Shown here in pieces: positions 25,431 through 33,602 of a stretch of DNA of 64,000 nt; within the stretch, counting starts at the first letter, position 1, and each line of letters begins with the position of its first letter. The translations under genes and the position numbers were made by a program. A model generated the notes under the pieces. That model was not told the origin of the DNA and ran no database searches. It saw only the letters and a program-made list of their open reading frames with translations. Source of the stretch: an uncultured Actinomycetota bacterium (lineage in GTDB: Bacteria; Actinomycetota; Actinomycetes; Mycobacteriales; Mycobacteriaceae); assembly GCA_963723615.1 (NCBI GenBank), contig CAVRRV010000020.1, positions 8,884-72,883 on the forward strand, in the 5' to 3' direction.

Positions 25431-25460
25431 AACCACTGACCTACTCGATGCGAACGAGTC
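25431..25460 (-). repeat. Truncated partial tRNA-Ala copy (att site 3)
   Basis: 29/30 identity to 28666-28695; followed by CACTTGGGCGTTT like copies 1 and 2. Confidence 0.9.
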
Positions 25461-25498
25461 CACTTGGGCGTTTAAAGCATGAGACGGCGTTGTCCGCG

Positions 25499-26104
25499 TC
25501 AGGTGTTTGGTTTGAGCGCCGGCGCGATCCAGCGGCGCAGGTAGGCGCGCAGTTGGGTGCCGGTGCGGGGCGGTTCGGGCGGGGCGATGATCATGGATTG
25601 GATGTTGCGGAGTAGGAATTCGACGAGTTCGTCGATGGCTGCGTCGTCGTAACCCAAAGCGGCCCAGTCGATGCGCGTGTGGCGCAGGATCTTTCGGGCG
25701 CGCGCGATCTGGGGGGGCTGCAGCATCTGGCGGCTGAACAGTGTCATGTGGTCGCTGGCCAGTAGCAGCGTCAGCAGTGGTTCGTTGGGCAGCTCTTCGA
25801 TGATGTGGGCCACCAATTCGACCAGCAGGTCCGTGACGTCGAGCGCGCCCGAGGTGATGGCTTCGATCCGCGGGATCCAGCTGTCCAGCGCGACCTCGGC
25901 GACCGCGGTGAACAGTTCTTCGGTGGTGGCGAAGTAGCGGTAGACGGTTCGACGTGTGATGCCGAGGTCAACGGCGACGTCGGACAGGGTCGTGTGCGCT
26001 GGTCCACGCCGTTCGATGCACACCAGCGCGGCGTCGATAATTTTCTTGCGGGCTTCGGTGTCGTCGGCGGGCGGCGAGCCGTCCCACCCGCGGCGTTTTC
26101 CCAT
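25499..26104 (-). CDS. TetR-family regulator
   Basis: WDGSPPADDTEARKKIIDAA...LGITRRTVYRYF. Confidence 0.92.
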   Translation of the reverse strand: MGKRRGWDGSPPADDTEARKKIIDAALVCIERRGPAHTTLSDVAVDLGITRRTVYRYFATTEELFTAVAEVALDSWIPRIEAITSGALDVTDLLVELVAHIIEELPNEPLLTLLLASDHMTLFSRQMLQPPQIARARKILRHTRIDWAALGYDDAAIDELVEFLLRNIQSMIIAPPEPPRTGTQLRAYLRRWIAPALKPNT

Positions 26105-26205
26105 GATCTCTTGACCTCCGCAGCCGGATGGATTATCTCTTTAGTAAAGATACATGAATCGACAACGTGTATATTGACTGTGGAGTGAGGGGCGGCCAGG
26201 TGACG

Positions 26206-27168
26206 ATGTTGCAGGTGCGACGGGTGCGGTTCGATTTCGAGGACGACGTGCCGTTCGTGTGGAATCCGCAGAACCCGGCGTTCTCGGTGTACATGAACGC
26301 GACATCGATCATCGCGATCGCCTTCGAGAAGTTCATCGTGGCGGCGGTACGCGAGGCGATGCCGAAGATCACCGATACGGAGGCGGCAGCCGAGGCCCAG
26401 GCCTTCCTCCGCCAGGAAGCTCAACACGCGAGTGCTCATCGTCAGCATCTGCGCGCCTTGATCAAGCGCTACCCCGGTTTACAGCAGACACTCGATGACG
26501 CCATCGCGCTCTACGACGAACTCGGCGAGAGCAAGCCCCTGCCGTTCCGGTTGGCCTACATCGCCGATCTGGAGGCCACGTTCACGCCGTTTTTCAAGAT
26601 GATGCTCGACAACGAGGCGATGTTTTTCCGCCCGGGTGATGACCGGATCGCGTCGCTGTTCTTGTGGCATTTCGTCGAAGAAGTCGAGCACCGCAGTTCG
26701 GCGCTTATCGTCTACAACGCGGTTGTCGGCAGCAACGCTTACCGGGTGCGGGCCCTACCTGGGGTCATCAAGCACCTCGTGGGGGTATGGAAGGTCATCG
26801 CCGACGGCTTCGACGCGCATGTGCCGCGCGCGGATCGCCAGATCGACGCACGCCTGCTGCGACCGGTAGCCGGCGCGCGCGAGGCACTGCGCCGCAAATT
26901 GCCGTTCGCCGGTGCCAGCGGGGACCAGTTGCTGCCGATGGCGTTCAATGGTGTTCCAATGCGGCAACGGCTCGCCACCTTCAGGCGGGTCATCTTGAGC
27001 CAGGCGCCGCATCACGATCCTGGCGACCAGCCGCTACCGGAGTTCGCCGCGCGGTGGTTCGCTCGCTACGAGCACGGCGACGACATTTGCCACTGGTATT
27101 GGAGCAGCCGCACCGACTCAGTGCCCGAGGCGCCAAACTCGCCGGCTGCCAACGGTTCCCATGGCTAG
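26206..27168 (+). CDS. Predicted metal-dependent hydrolase (ferritin-like, ExxH pairs)
   Basis: VRRVRFDF, FEKFI, QEAQHASAH, LEATF, EEVEHRS motifs. Confidence 0.82.
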   Translation: MLQVRRVRFDFEDDVPFVWNPQNPAFSVYMNATSIIAIAFEKFIVAAVREAMPKITDTEAAAEAQAFLRQEAQHASAHRQHLRALIKRYPGLQQTLDDAIALYDELGESKPLPFRLAYIADLEATFTPFFKMMLDNEAMFFRPGDDRIASLFLWHFVEEVEHRSSALIVYNAVVGSNAYRVRALPGVIKHLVGVWKVIADGFDAHVPRADRQIDARLLRPVAGAREALRRKLPFAGASGDQLLPMAFNGVPMRQRLATFRRVILSQAPHHDPGDQPLPEFAARWFARYEHGDDICHWYWSSRTDSVPEAPNSPAANGSHG

Positions 27169-28315
27169 CCAGTGCACCCCGACATTCGACACGCTTGCCC
27201 AATCCCTGGGCGGCTTCTCCTGCCGTAACGCGCCGGCGGTAGTGCACTTCCGCAACCCGTTCGACTTGTCGAACTGGACGCTGCCGATTCTGGAAGTCAC
27301 GATGATCGTCGGCGCCGTACTCGCCCTGCTACACGGCATCCGCCGGCTGCGCCGCTACGGGGATCCCACCGTTGTCGTGCTGTGGTTCGCCTCGGTGGTC
27401 TACCTGTTGGTCGCCGAGATACCGCTGTACTTCCCTGACTCATTCGGCATGACCAATCACGTCGGGTTCGTCTTCGCGCACAACGTGTTCACCGTGGAAT
27501 TCCTCTACGACCGGCTGCCGCTCTACATCGTCGCGCTGTATCCCGCGCTGGCCACCCTGGCATTCGAAATCGTGCGCGTGATAGGTGTGTTCCGGCGCCA
27601 GGGCATCCTCGTGGGCGCCGTATGTGTCGGATTCGTGCATCACTGCTTTTATGAGGTCTTCGACCACTTGGGCCCCCAGCTGCGGTGGTGGGCGTGGAAC
27701 AACGACAGCGCGTTCAATCACCCGATGATGGCGTCGGTGCCGATGACCAGCATCGTCTTGTTCGCCGCGATTGGACCGGTCGCGCTGGTGTTTCTTGTTG
27801 AACTGTTCGTCGGCCGCCGCGCCGACCGGGGTGAGCGGCTCAGCAGGGGGGCACTGCTGGTGCGCACCCTGGCCGCGGGGGCGCTCGTGCCGCTCGCGTT
27901 GGGGATCGCGGGCCTTCCGCTGTTGTTGTTCGGCGGCGAGCATCCGAAGGTCACCGCGCAGGCCGTCATCCTGTCGGCCATGCTGGGGGTTGTCGCGATT
28001 GTCGCGGTGCCGACACTCGTGTCGCAATGGCTGCGGGCGCGTCGCGGCGATACCGACCCAGATGTCGCGCCGAGTAATTTCGTCGCAGTCTTCGGCACCC
28101 TGTATCTGGTGGCTCTCGGCGTCCTGTGGGTGACGGCGTTGCCCCGGTACGTAAGCGCCGTTCACGGGATCACCAGCGACGGCACTCCCATCGGAAACGT
28201 GTTCTATGCGGGGGTGTGTTTTGTGGCGGCGGCATTATGCGTCGTGGGGGCGCTCACGGTGGCGGCTCGTCGAAACCACGGACTGTCCGCTGTGCCGGTC
28301 GGCGTTGAGCTTTGA
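27161..28315 (+). CDS. Polytopic membrane protein of unknown function
   Basis: About 9-10 hydrophobic segments with conserved-looking polar motifs (EIPLY, DRLPLY, YEVFDHLGPQLRWW); start overlaps the upstream stop. Confidence 0.8.
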   Translation: MASQCTPTFDTLAQSLGGFSCRNAPAVVHFRNPFDLSNWTLPILEVTMIVGAVLALLHGIRRLRRYGDPTVVVLWFASVVYLLVAEIPLYFPDSFGMTNHVGFVFAHNVFTVEFLYDRLPLYIVALYPALATLAFEIVRVIGVFRRQGILVGAVCVGFVHHCFYEVFDHLGPQLRWWAWNNDSAFNHPMMASVPMTSIVLFAAIGPVALVFLVELFVGRRADRGERLSRGALLVRTLAAGALVPLALGIAGLPLLLFGGEHPKVTAQAVILSAMLGVVAIVAVPTLVSQWLRARRGDTDPDVAPSNFVAVFGTLYLVALGVLWVTALPRYVSAVHGITSDGTPIGNVFYAGVCFVAAALCVVGALTVAARRNHGLSAVPVGVEL

Positions 28316-28402
28316 CGCTTGCACCGACTCGCGCCGGGTCTTTGCAACCACCAACCGGCCACTAGTCACCCGCGCCGCAAGTTCCGTCAGAAGCTCGGAC
28401 AC

Positions 28403-28450
28403 CTAAGCATCCGGCAGGTCGCTCAACGCCCGATAGACGGTAGCGCGGCT
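28403..28450 (-). pseudogene. Last 15 codons of a serine resolvase HTH
   Basis: SRATVYRALSDLPDA*. Confidence 0.65.
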
Positions 28451-28452
28451 TC

Positions 28453-28620
28453 CAGCGGATGCTTGGCCACGCCAAGGCCTCAATGACCTTGGACGTCTAC
28501 GCGGACCTTTTTGATGAGGATCTGGACGGTGTTGCTGACCGCCTGGACACCGCAATCCGGACTACTGCGGACCAACTGCGGACTGGCAACTCCGAGATGA
28601 TGCAGTCAGCTAACAACTAA
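28453..28620 (+). pseudogene. C-terminal remnant of a tyrosine integrase
   Basis: QRMLGHAKASMTLDVYADLFDEDLDGVADRLD...*; Box II LGH...Y motif; ends 27 bp from the tRNA 3' end. Confidence 0.88.
28562..28583 (+). repeat. Putative integrase arm-type site pair CTACTGCGGAC-CAA-CTGCGGAC
   Basis: About 65 bp left of the tRNA/att core, within the integrase tail. Confidence 0.7.
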
Positions 28621-28647
28621 AACTGCACTTAGCTGGTTCAAACTCTG

Positions 28648-28720
28648 TGGAGCTAAGGGGATTCGAACCCCTGACCTACTCGATGCGAACGAGTCGCGCT
28701 ACCAACTGCGCCATAGCCCC
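28648..28720 (-). tRNA. alaV: tRNA-Ala(CGC)
   Basis: GGGGCTA...TAGCTCC acceptor stem with G3:U70, D-arm GCGC/GCGC, anticodon loop TTCGCAT, T-loop TTCGAAT; 73 nt; syntenic next to the Rv0996 homologue. Confidence 0.98.
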
Positions 28721-28764
28721 TGATCGCTAGCAGGCTACCAGTCGTGGTCGAGGTCGCCGAACCG

Positions 28765-29793
28765 TTACTGCCCGGCGGCTCGCGGCAAGTCCCTGTGCCA
28801 GCCGTAATCCCGTGCGTACGGCGCGTAGTCGAGATGCTCGAAGATCGGATCCTCGTCGTCGATCTCCAGGACCACCGCCCCGGGGCGCCGCAGGCGCGAC
28901 GGGACCACCTCGAACTCGCGGTCGTAGGTGTTCTCCACACCCAGTTGCGACCGCGCCATCCGTTGCATCCGGCGGCGCCGCACTCGCTCCTCAATGCGGG
29001 TCTGCCGGCGCAGATACCCCAGGTAGAGCACGGTCACCACCGAGGTGCTGCCGCAGAACCACCACGCCGAAGAGGTCAGCAGGAACGCCGTCGACGCTGA
29101 TCCCACCAATGCCAGCGCCATGATCATCAGCACCCGCTTGCGAAACGCGTATTTGCGGGCACTGACCGCCTCGGCGTTGTCCGAGTCATACCGATTCCGC
29201 CGCGAGAACGCCGCAGTGGCGGTCGTCGGCGGTTCCTCGGCGACCGGTATCCCCGAGGTGTCGTCGATGTACTCGTATTGATCGGCGTCGTCGTCATCCA
29301 AGGTGTCCTCATCGTCGACGTCGTCGACGGCAAGCGTTGCCTCGGTGTCCTCGTCATCGCCGGTCTCGTCGTCGGCTGAGAGGGCTGGGTCCGCCACCCC
29401 AGCGGTGTCGCCCGCGGGCAGTGCCCCGGAATTCGGGTCGATCACGTCGACGTCCAGATAGTCGGGACCAGTCTCCTCGACCGAAACCGCGGCCGCGACC
29501 GTGACGACGACGCGCGATGTCGGGGCCTCATCGACGTCGTCCGAGTCGAGGTCGTCCAGGTCGTCGTGTTCGTCGTCCTCGGGCTGCCAGTCGGGGTCAT
29601 TGCGATGGCCTGCCGCCGGTCCCCCGCGCTTGAGCAGCCGAGCGGCCGCGCCGCTGTTGAGCACGCGGGTCGCCAATGCCACATCGCTGGTGCGCCGCAC
29701 CGCGTCGCGCTTGCTGACCAACATCGGAACCAGAACGAACAGCCAGAGCACCACGAGCGATATCCACAACAATGATTGCGGGATGCTTGGCAT
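28765..29793 (-). CDS. glpR: Rv0996 homologue, membrane protein GlpR/SepX
   Basis: MPSIPQSLLWISLVVLWLFVLVPML N-terminus, acidic middle region, RLRRPGAVVLEIDDEDPIFEHLD tail; synteny. Confidence 0.85.
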   Translation of the reverse strand: MPSIPQSLLWISLVVLWLFVLVPMLVSKRDAVRRTSDVALATRVLNSGAAARLLKRGGPAAGHRNDPDWQPEDDEHDDLDDLDSDDVDEAPTSRVVVTVAAAVSVEETGPDYLDVDVIDPNSGALPAGDTAGVADPALSADDETGDDEDTEATLAVDDVDDEDTLDDDDADQYEYIDDTSGIPVAEEPPTTATAAFSRRNRYDSDNAEAVSARKYAFRKRVLMIMALALVGSASTAFLLTSSAWWFCGSTSVVTVLYLGYLRRQTRIEERVRRRRMQRMARSQLGVENTYDREFEVVPSRLRRPGAVVLEIDDEDPIFEHLDYAPYARDYGWHRDLPRAAGQ

Positions 29794-29951
29794 GGTGACC
29801 TGCTCCTTTCCCCGCCAGGCTAGGCCGGTAGCCGGCGCATCCGGTCGAGGCGCGCCCAGGACAATTACACACCTGTAATTTTCCTATGACAAGCACCATC
29901 AGTCACAAGTGTCACGTTTGTAACACGACACGCCGTGCGCCGTCGCACAAG

Positions 29952-30605
29952 TTAGGCCCAGCCGGCATGCCCGTCGCGCACCAGAGCCGACGTCACCGAC
30001 CCGTAGACCTCCTCGGCTGTCAGACCCACCAACAGGTGATCCCGCCAGCCCCCGTCAACTTGGAGATAGCGGCGCAGCAACCCCTCTTCGCGAAACCCGA
30101 CCTTTGCCAGCACTGCGCGGCTCGCGGCATTCTCCGGTCGCACGGTGGCTTCCACGCGGTGCAACATGACGGGGCCGAAGCAGTGATCGAGGCCCAGCGC
30201 CAACGCTCCGGTTGCGACCCCGCCGCCGGTGACCGAGCTGGACACCCAATAGCCGATCCACGCCGACCGCAATGCCCCGTGCGTGACGTTGCCGATCGTC
30301 AGCTGTCCACAGAATGCGCCGTCCAGTTCGATCGCGTACGGCAGCATGCGGCCTTTGCGAGCCTCTGACCGCAAGCTCGAACACACCACCGGCCACGACG
30401 AAATCGTATGCCGGGCAGTCCAATCAGCTTCAATGCTCGGCTCCCACCGCTCAAGATGGGCCCGGTCGGCCAGCCGGATGCGGCTCCATTGAGAGGCATC
30501 GCGCAGGCGCACCGGGCGCAGCCGGATCACCCCGGCCGACACCCGCAGCGGTCCCACGGCAATCGGCCAGCCGGGGTGCTGGGAGCTGGAGCGCCACAAG
30601 GTCAC
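29952..30605 (-). CDS. rimJ: RimJ-family GNAT N-acetyltransferase (Rv0995)
   Basis: GQLTIGNVTHGALRSAWIGYW, LHRVEATVRPENAASRAVL; synteny. Confidence 0.93.
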   Translation of the reverse strand: MTLWRSSSQHPGWPIAVGPLRVSAGVIRLRPVRLRDASQWSRIRLADRAHLERWEPSIEADWTARHTISSWPVVCSSLRSEARKGRMLPYAIELDGAFCGQLTIGNVTHGALRSAWIGYWVSSSVTGGGVATGALALGLDHCFGPVMLHRVEATVRPENAASRAVLAKVGFREEGLLRRYLQVDGGWRDHLLVGLTAEEVYGSVTSALVRDGHAGWA

Positions 30606-30626
30606 GAGCAGCAGCCACCGGGTCGC

Positions 30627-31985
30627 TCAGCCACGCTGAGCCAGAAACGCGACGTCGACGACCTCGCCGATGCGGATCTGCTCTGCCTCACGCGAAATCA
30701 CGACCAGACAGTTTGCCTCAGCCAACGTCGCCAGCAAGTGCGACGAGGCGCCGGGGGCGCCGCCCAGCGCCTGCACCAGGTATTCGCCGGTGTCCTGATC
30801 GCGCATCAGCTGTCCCCGGAGAAAGCCTTTGCGGCCCGCCACCGAGGTGATCGGCGACAGCGTGCGGGCCTGCACCATCCGACGCATCGGCTGCCGCTTC
30901 CCCAGCGATAACCGGATCAGCGGTCGGACCATCACCTCGAAGACCACCAGCGCGCTGACCGGATTCGCCGGCAACAGAAACGTCGGCACACCGTCACGGC
31001 CCAACTGCCCGAAACCCTGGACGGAGCCTGGGTGCATCGCGACCCGGGTGACTTCCATTTCGCCGAGCTCCGAGAGCACCGAGCGCACAGCCTCGGCCGC
31101 TGCACCACCGACCGCACCGGCGATCACCACGATCTCGGCGCGGTTGAGCTGGCCCTCGACGACTTCGCCGAGCTCTTTGGGATCGTTGCTGACGATGCCG
31201 ACCCGGTTCACCTCGGCGCCCGCGTCCCGGCCCGCGGCCGCCAAAGCGTAGGAGTTGACGTCGTAGACCTGGCCGTTGCCGGGAGTGCGCGAGATATCGA
31301 CCAGCTCGCCGCCCACCGCCAGCACCGACAACCGCGGAGGTGGATGAACCAGCACCCGCTCGCGGCCCACCGCGGCCAGCAGTCCGACCTGGGCAGCGCC
31401 GATGATCGTTCCGGCGCGCACCGCGACATCACCGGGCTGTACGTCATCACCGGTCCGCCGCACGTAGGCACCCGATCGCACGCCGCGCAGCACCCGCACC
31501 CTCGACTGCCCGCCGTCGGTCCAACGCAACGGCAACACCGCGTCGGCCAGAGTCGGCAGCGGCGCACCGGTTTGCACTCGCACGGCCTGCCCCGGCTGCA
31601 GCCTGCTTGGCGTCCGCGTGCCGGCTTCGATGCTGCCCATCACCGGGAGGGTCACTCCGCCGCCAGCTGGGGGGACGCCCCCAGAGGGAGGTGCCCCCAC
31701 CCGCTCGCGGGGGGATTCCCCCGCCTCGTCCTGGACCGCGCTCAGAGGGCGTAAGTCTTCGTCGGCTTGATCGTCGGACGAGTCGGACTCACCCACACCG
31801 AGTACGTCGACACTGCGAACCGCGTAGCCGTCGATCGCGGCCTGGTCGAAACCGGGCAACGGGCGTTCCGTCACGACCTCTTCGGCACACATCAGCCCCT
31901 GCGCCTCGGCAATGGCGACCCGCACCGGCCTCGGCGCCACCGCGGCGGCCGATACCCGGGCTTGTTGCTCTTCCACCGAACGCAC
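30627..31985 (-). CDS. moeA: Molybdopterin molybdotransferase MoeA (Rv0994)
   Basis: LPGFDQAAIDGYAVR, VRVQTGAPLP, LPANPVSA; GAAAGG RBS before GTG 31985. Confidence 0.95.
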   Translation of the reverse strand: MRSVEEQQARVSAAAVAPRPVRVAIAEAQGLMCAEEVVTERPLPGFDQAAIDGYAVRSVDVLGVGESDSSDDQADEDLRPLSAVQDEAGESPRERVGAPPSGGVPPAGGGVTLPVMGSIEAGTRTPSRLQPGQAVRVQTGAPLPTLADAVLPLRWTDGGQSRVRVLRGVRSGAYVRRTGDDVQPGDVAVRAGTIIGAAQVGLLAAVGRERVLVHPPPRLSVLAVGGELVDISRTPGNGQVYDVNSYALAAAGRDAGAEVNRVGIVSNDPKELGEVVEGQLNRAEIVVIAGAVGGAAAEAVRSVLSELGEMEVTRVAMHPGSVQGFGQLGRDGVPTFLLPANPVSALVVFEVMVRPLIRLSLGKRQPMRRMVQARTLSPITSVAGRKGFLRGQLMRDQDTGEYLVQALGGAPGASSHLLATLAEANCLVVISREAEQIRIGEVVDVAFLAQRG

Positions 31986-32069
31986 AGCGCGCCTTTCTGC
32001 CGTCAACCCGTATCGGCACAACCCAGGCCGCGACCGGGGCTGCCCGGGCCGGACGGTGAGGACCGGCCG

Positions 32070-32978
32070 CTAGTCTTCGGCCAGACCCAATCGGGTCACC
32101 AGCCATCGCCGTAATTCTGGTCCGTAGTCGTCACGGTCCAAGGCAAAGTCAACCGCAGCCTTGAGGTAGCCGCCGGGATTTCCCAAGTCGTGTCGGGAGC
32201 CGTGGTGCACGACAACGTGCACCGGCTGCCCTTCTTTGATCAGCAACGCGATCGCATCGGTGAGCTGCATTTCACCGCCTGCGCCCCGATCGATGCGGCG
32301 CAACGCGTCGAAGATCTTGCGATCGAGGACATAACGTCCGGCTGCCGCATACAACGACGGAGCGTCTTCCGGCCTCGGCTTTTCCACCATGCCGTTGACC
32401 TTCAGGACGTCCTTGTCGGCCCCGGGCACCGGCTCGACGTCGAAAACCCCGTAGGCGCTTATCTCCTCGGGCGAAACCTCGATCGCGCACAACACCGTGC
32501 CGCCGTACTCGGCGCGCACCTTCGACATAATCTCCAGCACGCCGGTCGGCAGCACCAAGTCGTCGGGCAGCAACACCGCGACCGCGTCCTCGTCCGCCCA
32601 CAGCACCGGCTCCACGCAGCTGATCGCGTGTCCCAGGCCGAGCGGCTCGGCCTGCACGACGGACTCGACTTTGATCAGCCCCGGTGCCCGACGAACCTTG
32701 GCCAGTATGGCCTTCTTGCCTCGCGCTTCCAGCGTGCCTTCCAACACCAAGTCTTCGACAAAATGCGCGACGACGCCGTCCTTGCCCTCGGAGGTGATGA
32801 TCACCAGCCGTTCGGCGCCGGCCGCGGCGGCCTCGGCCGCCACCAACTCGATGCCGGGCGTGTCGACGACGGGTAGCAGTTCCTTGGGCACCGTCTTGGT
32901 CGCGGGCAGGAAACGGGTGCCCAAACCGGCCGCGGGCACGATCGCGGTGCGCGGAACCGAAACCTGTGAGCTTGACAT
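32070..32978 (-). CDS. galU: UTP-glucose-1-phosphate uridylyltransferase
   Basis: PAAGLGTRFLPATKTVPKELLP, EPLGLGHA, MVEKP; the ORF-track extension to 33728 is spurious. Confidence 0.97.
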   Translation of the reverse strand: MSSSQVSVPRTAIVPAAGLGTRFLPATKTVPKELLPVVDTPGIELVAAEAAAAGAERLVIITSEGKDGVVAHFVEDLVLEGTLEARGKKAILAKVRRAPGLIKVESVVQAEPLGLGHAISCVEPVLWADEDAVAVLLPDDLVLPTGVLEIMSKVRAEYGGTVLCAIEVSPEEISAYGVFDVEPVPGADKDVLKVNGMVEKPRPEDAPSLYAAAGRYVLDRKIFDALRRIDRGAGGEMQLTDAIALLIKEGQPVHVVVHHGSRHDLGNPGGYLKAAVDFALDRDDYGPELRRWLVTRLGLAED

Positions 32979-33002
32979 CGTTGTCACCATATCGTTGACC
33001 CT

Positions 33003-33602
33003 GTGGCGACCGCGGGCAAGGCCGCATTGCGACAACGGCTGCTGGCAGCCCGGCGGTCGGTTTCGGACGAGGCCAGGGCCGACGAGGCCCGGTCGTTGGC
33101 AGACCACGTCAACGCGGTGCTGGACAGCGGCGGCACGGTGTGCGCCTACGTGCCGGTGGGCGCCGAACCAGGATCCATTGAGATGCTTGATGTATTGCTG
33201 CAGCGCGCAAACCGGGTTCTGCTGCCGGTCGCGCGTACCACCGCCGACAACTCTCCGGTGGCACTGGAATGGGGTGAATACCGGCCCGGCCAACTGGTGG
33301 CCGCGCGATTCGGACTGCTCGAACCGGCCGGGCCGTGGCTGCCGGCGACGGCGCTGGCCGAGGCGAGCGTCGTGCTTGTTCCCGCGCTGGCCGTCGACCG
33401 CACCGGCGTGCGGCTGGGCCGAGGCCGCGGTTTCTACGACCGCACGCTGGTGAGCCGGAATCCGCACGCGCGCTTGGTCGCCGTGATTCGCGACGAGGAG
33501 CTGCTCGACGAGTTGCCCCACGAGCCGCACGACGTTCCGATGACGCATGCGCTGACCCCGGGCCGCGGCCTGGTCGAGCTGGGCACGGCACAGCCCGGTT
33601 AG
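33003..33602 (+). CDS. 5-formyltetrahydrofolate cyclo-ligase (Rv0992c)
   Basis: VLVPALAVDRTGVRLGRGRGFYDRTL, PHDVPM. Confidence 0.93.
   Translation: MATAGKAALRQRLLAARRSVSDEARADEARSLADHVNAVLDSGGTVCAYVPVGAEPGSIEMLDVLLQRANRVLLPVARTTADNSPVALEWGEYRPGQLVAARFGLLEPAGPWLPATALAEASVVLVPALAVDRTGVRLGRGRGFYDRTLVSRNPHARLVAVIRDEELLDELPHEPHDVPMTHALTPGRGLVELGTAQPG

Larger units (their letters stand above)
25461..28647. mobile_element. Degenerate tRNA-integrated islet A (TetR, diiron hydrolase, membrane protein, resolvase and integrase remnants)
   Basis: Lies between att copy 3 and the intact tRNA; carries the tyrosine integrase 3' end next to the tRNA. Confidence 0.78.

Noticed and set aside
17311-25460. Three additional tRNA-Ala genes
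   Set aside because: The copies lack the 5' acceptor strand and D-arm; they are att duplications, not functional tRNAs.
17311-28720. CRISPR-like array from the recurring 48-bp sequence
   Set aside because: Spacing is 3-4 kb, the repeat is tRNA-derived and no cas genes are present.
29270-29590. GTC/ATC-rich quasi-repeats
   Set aside because: They encode the Asp/Glu-rich region of the GlpR homologue; low-complexity coding sequence, not a repeat element.
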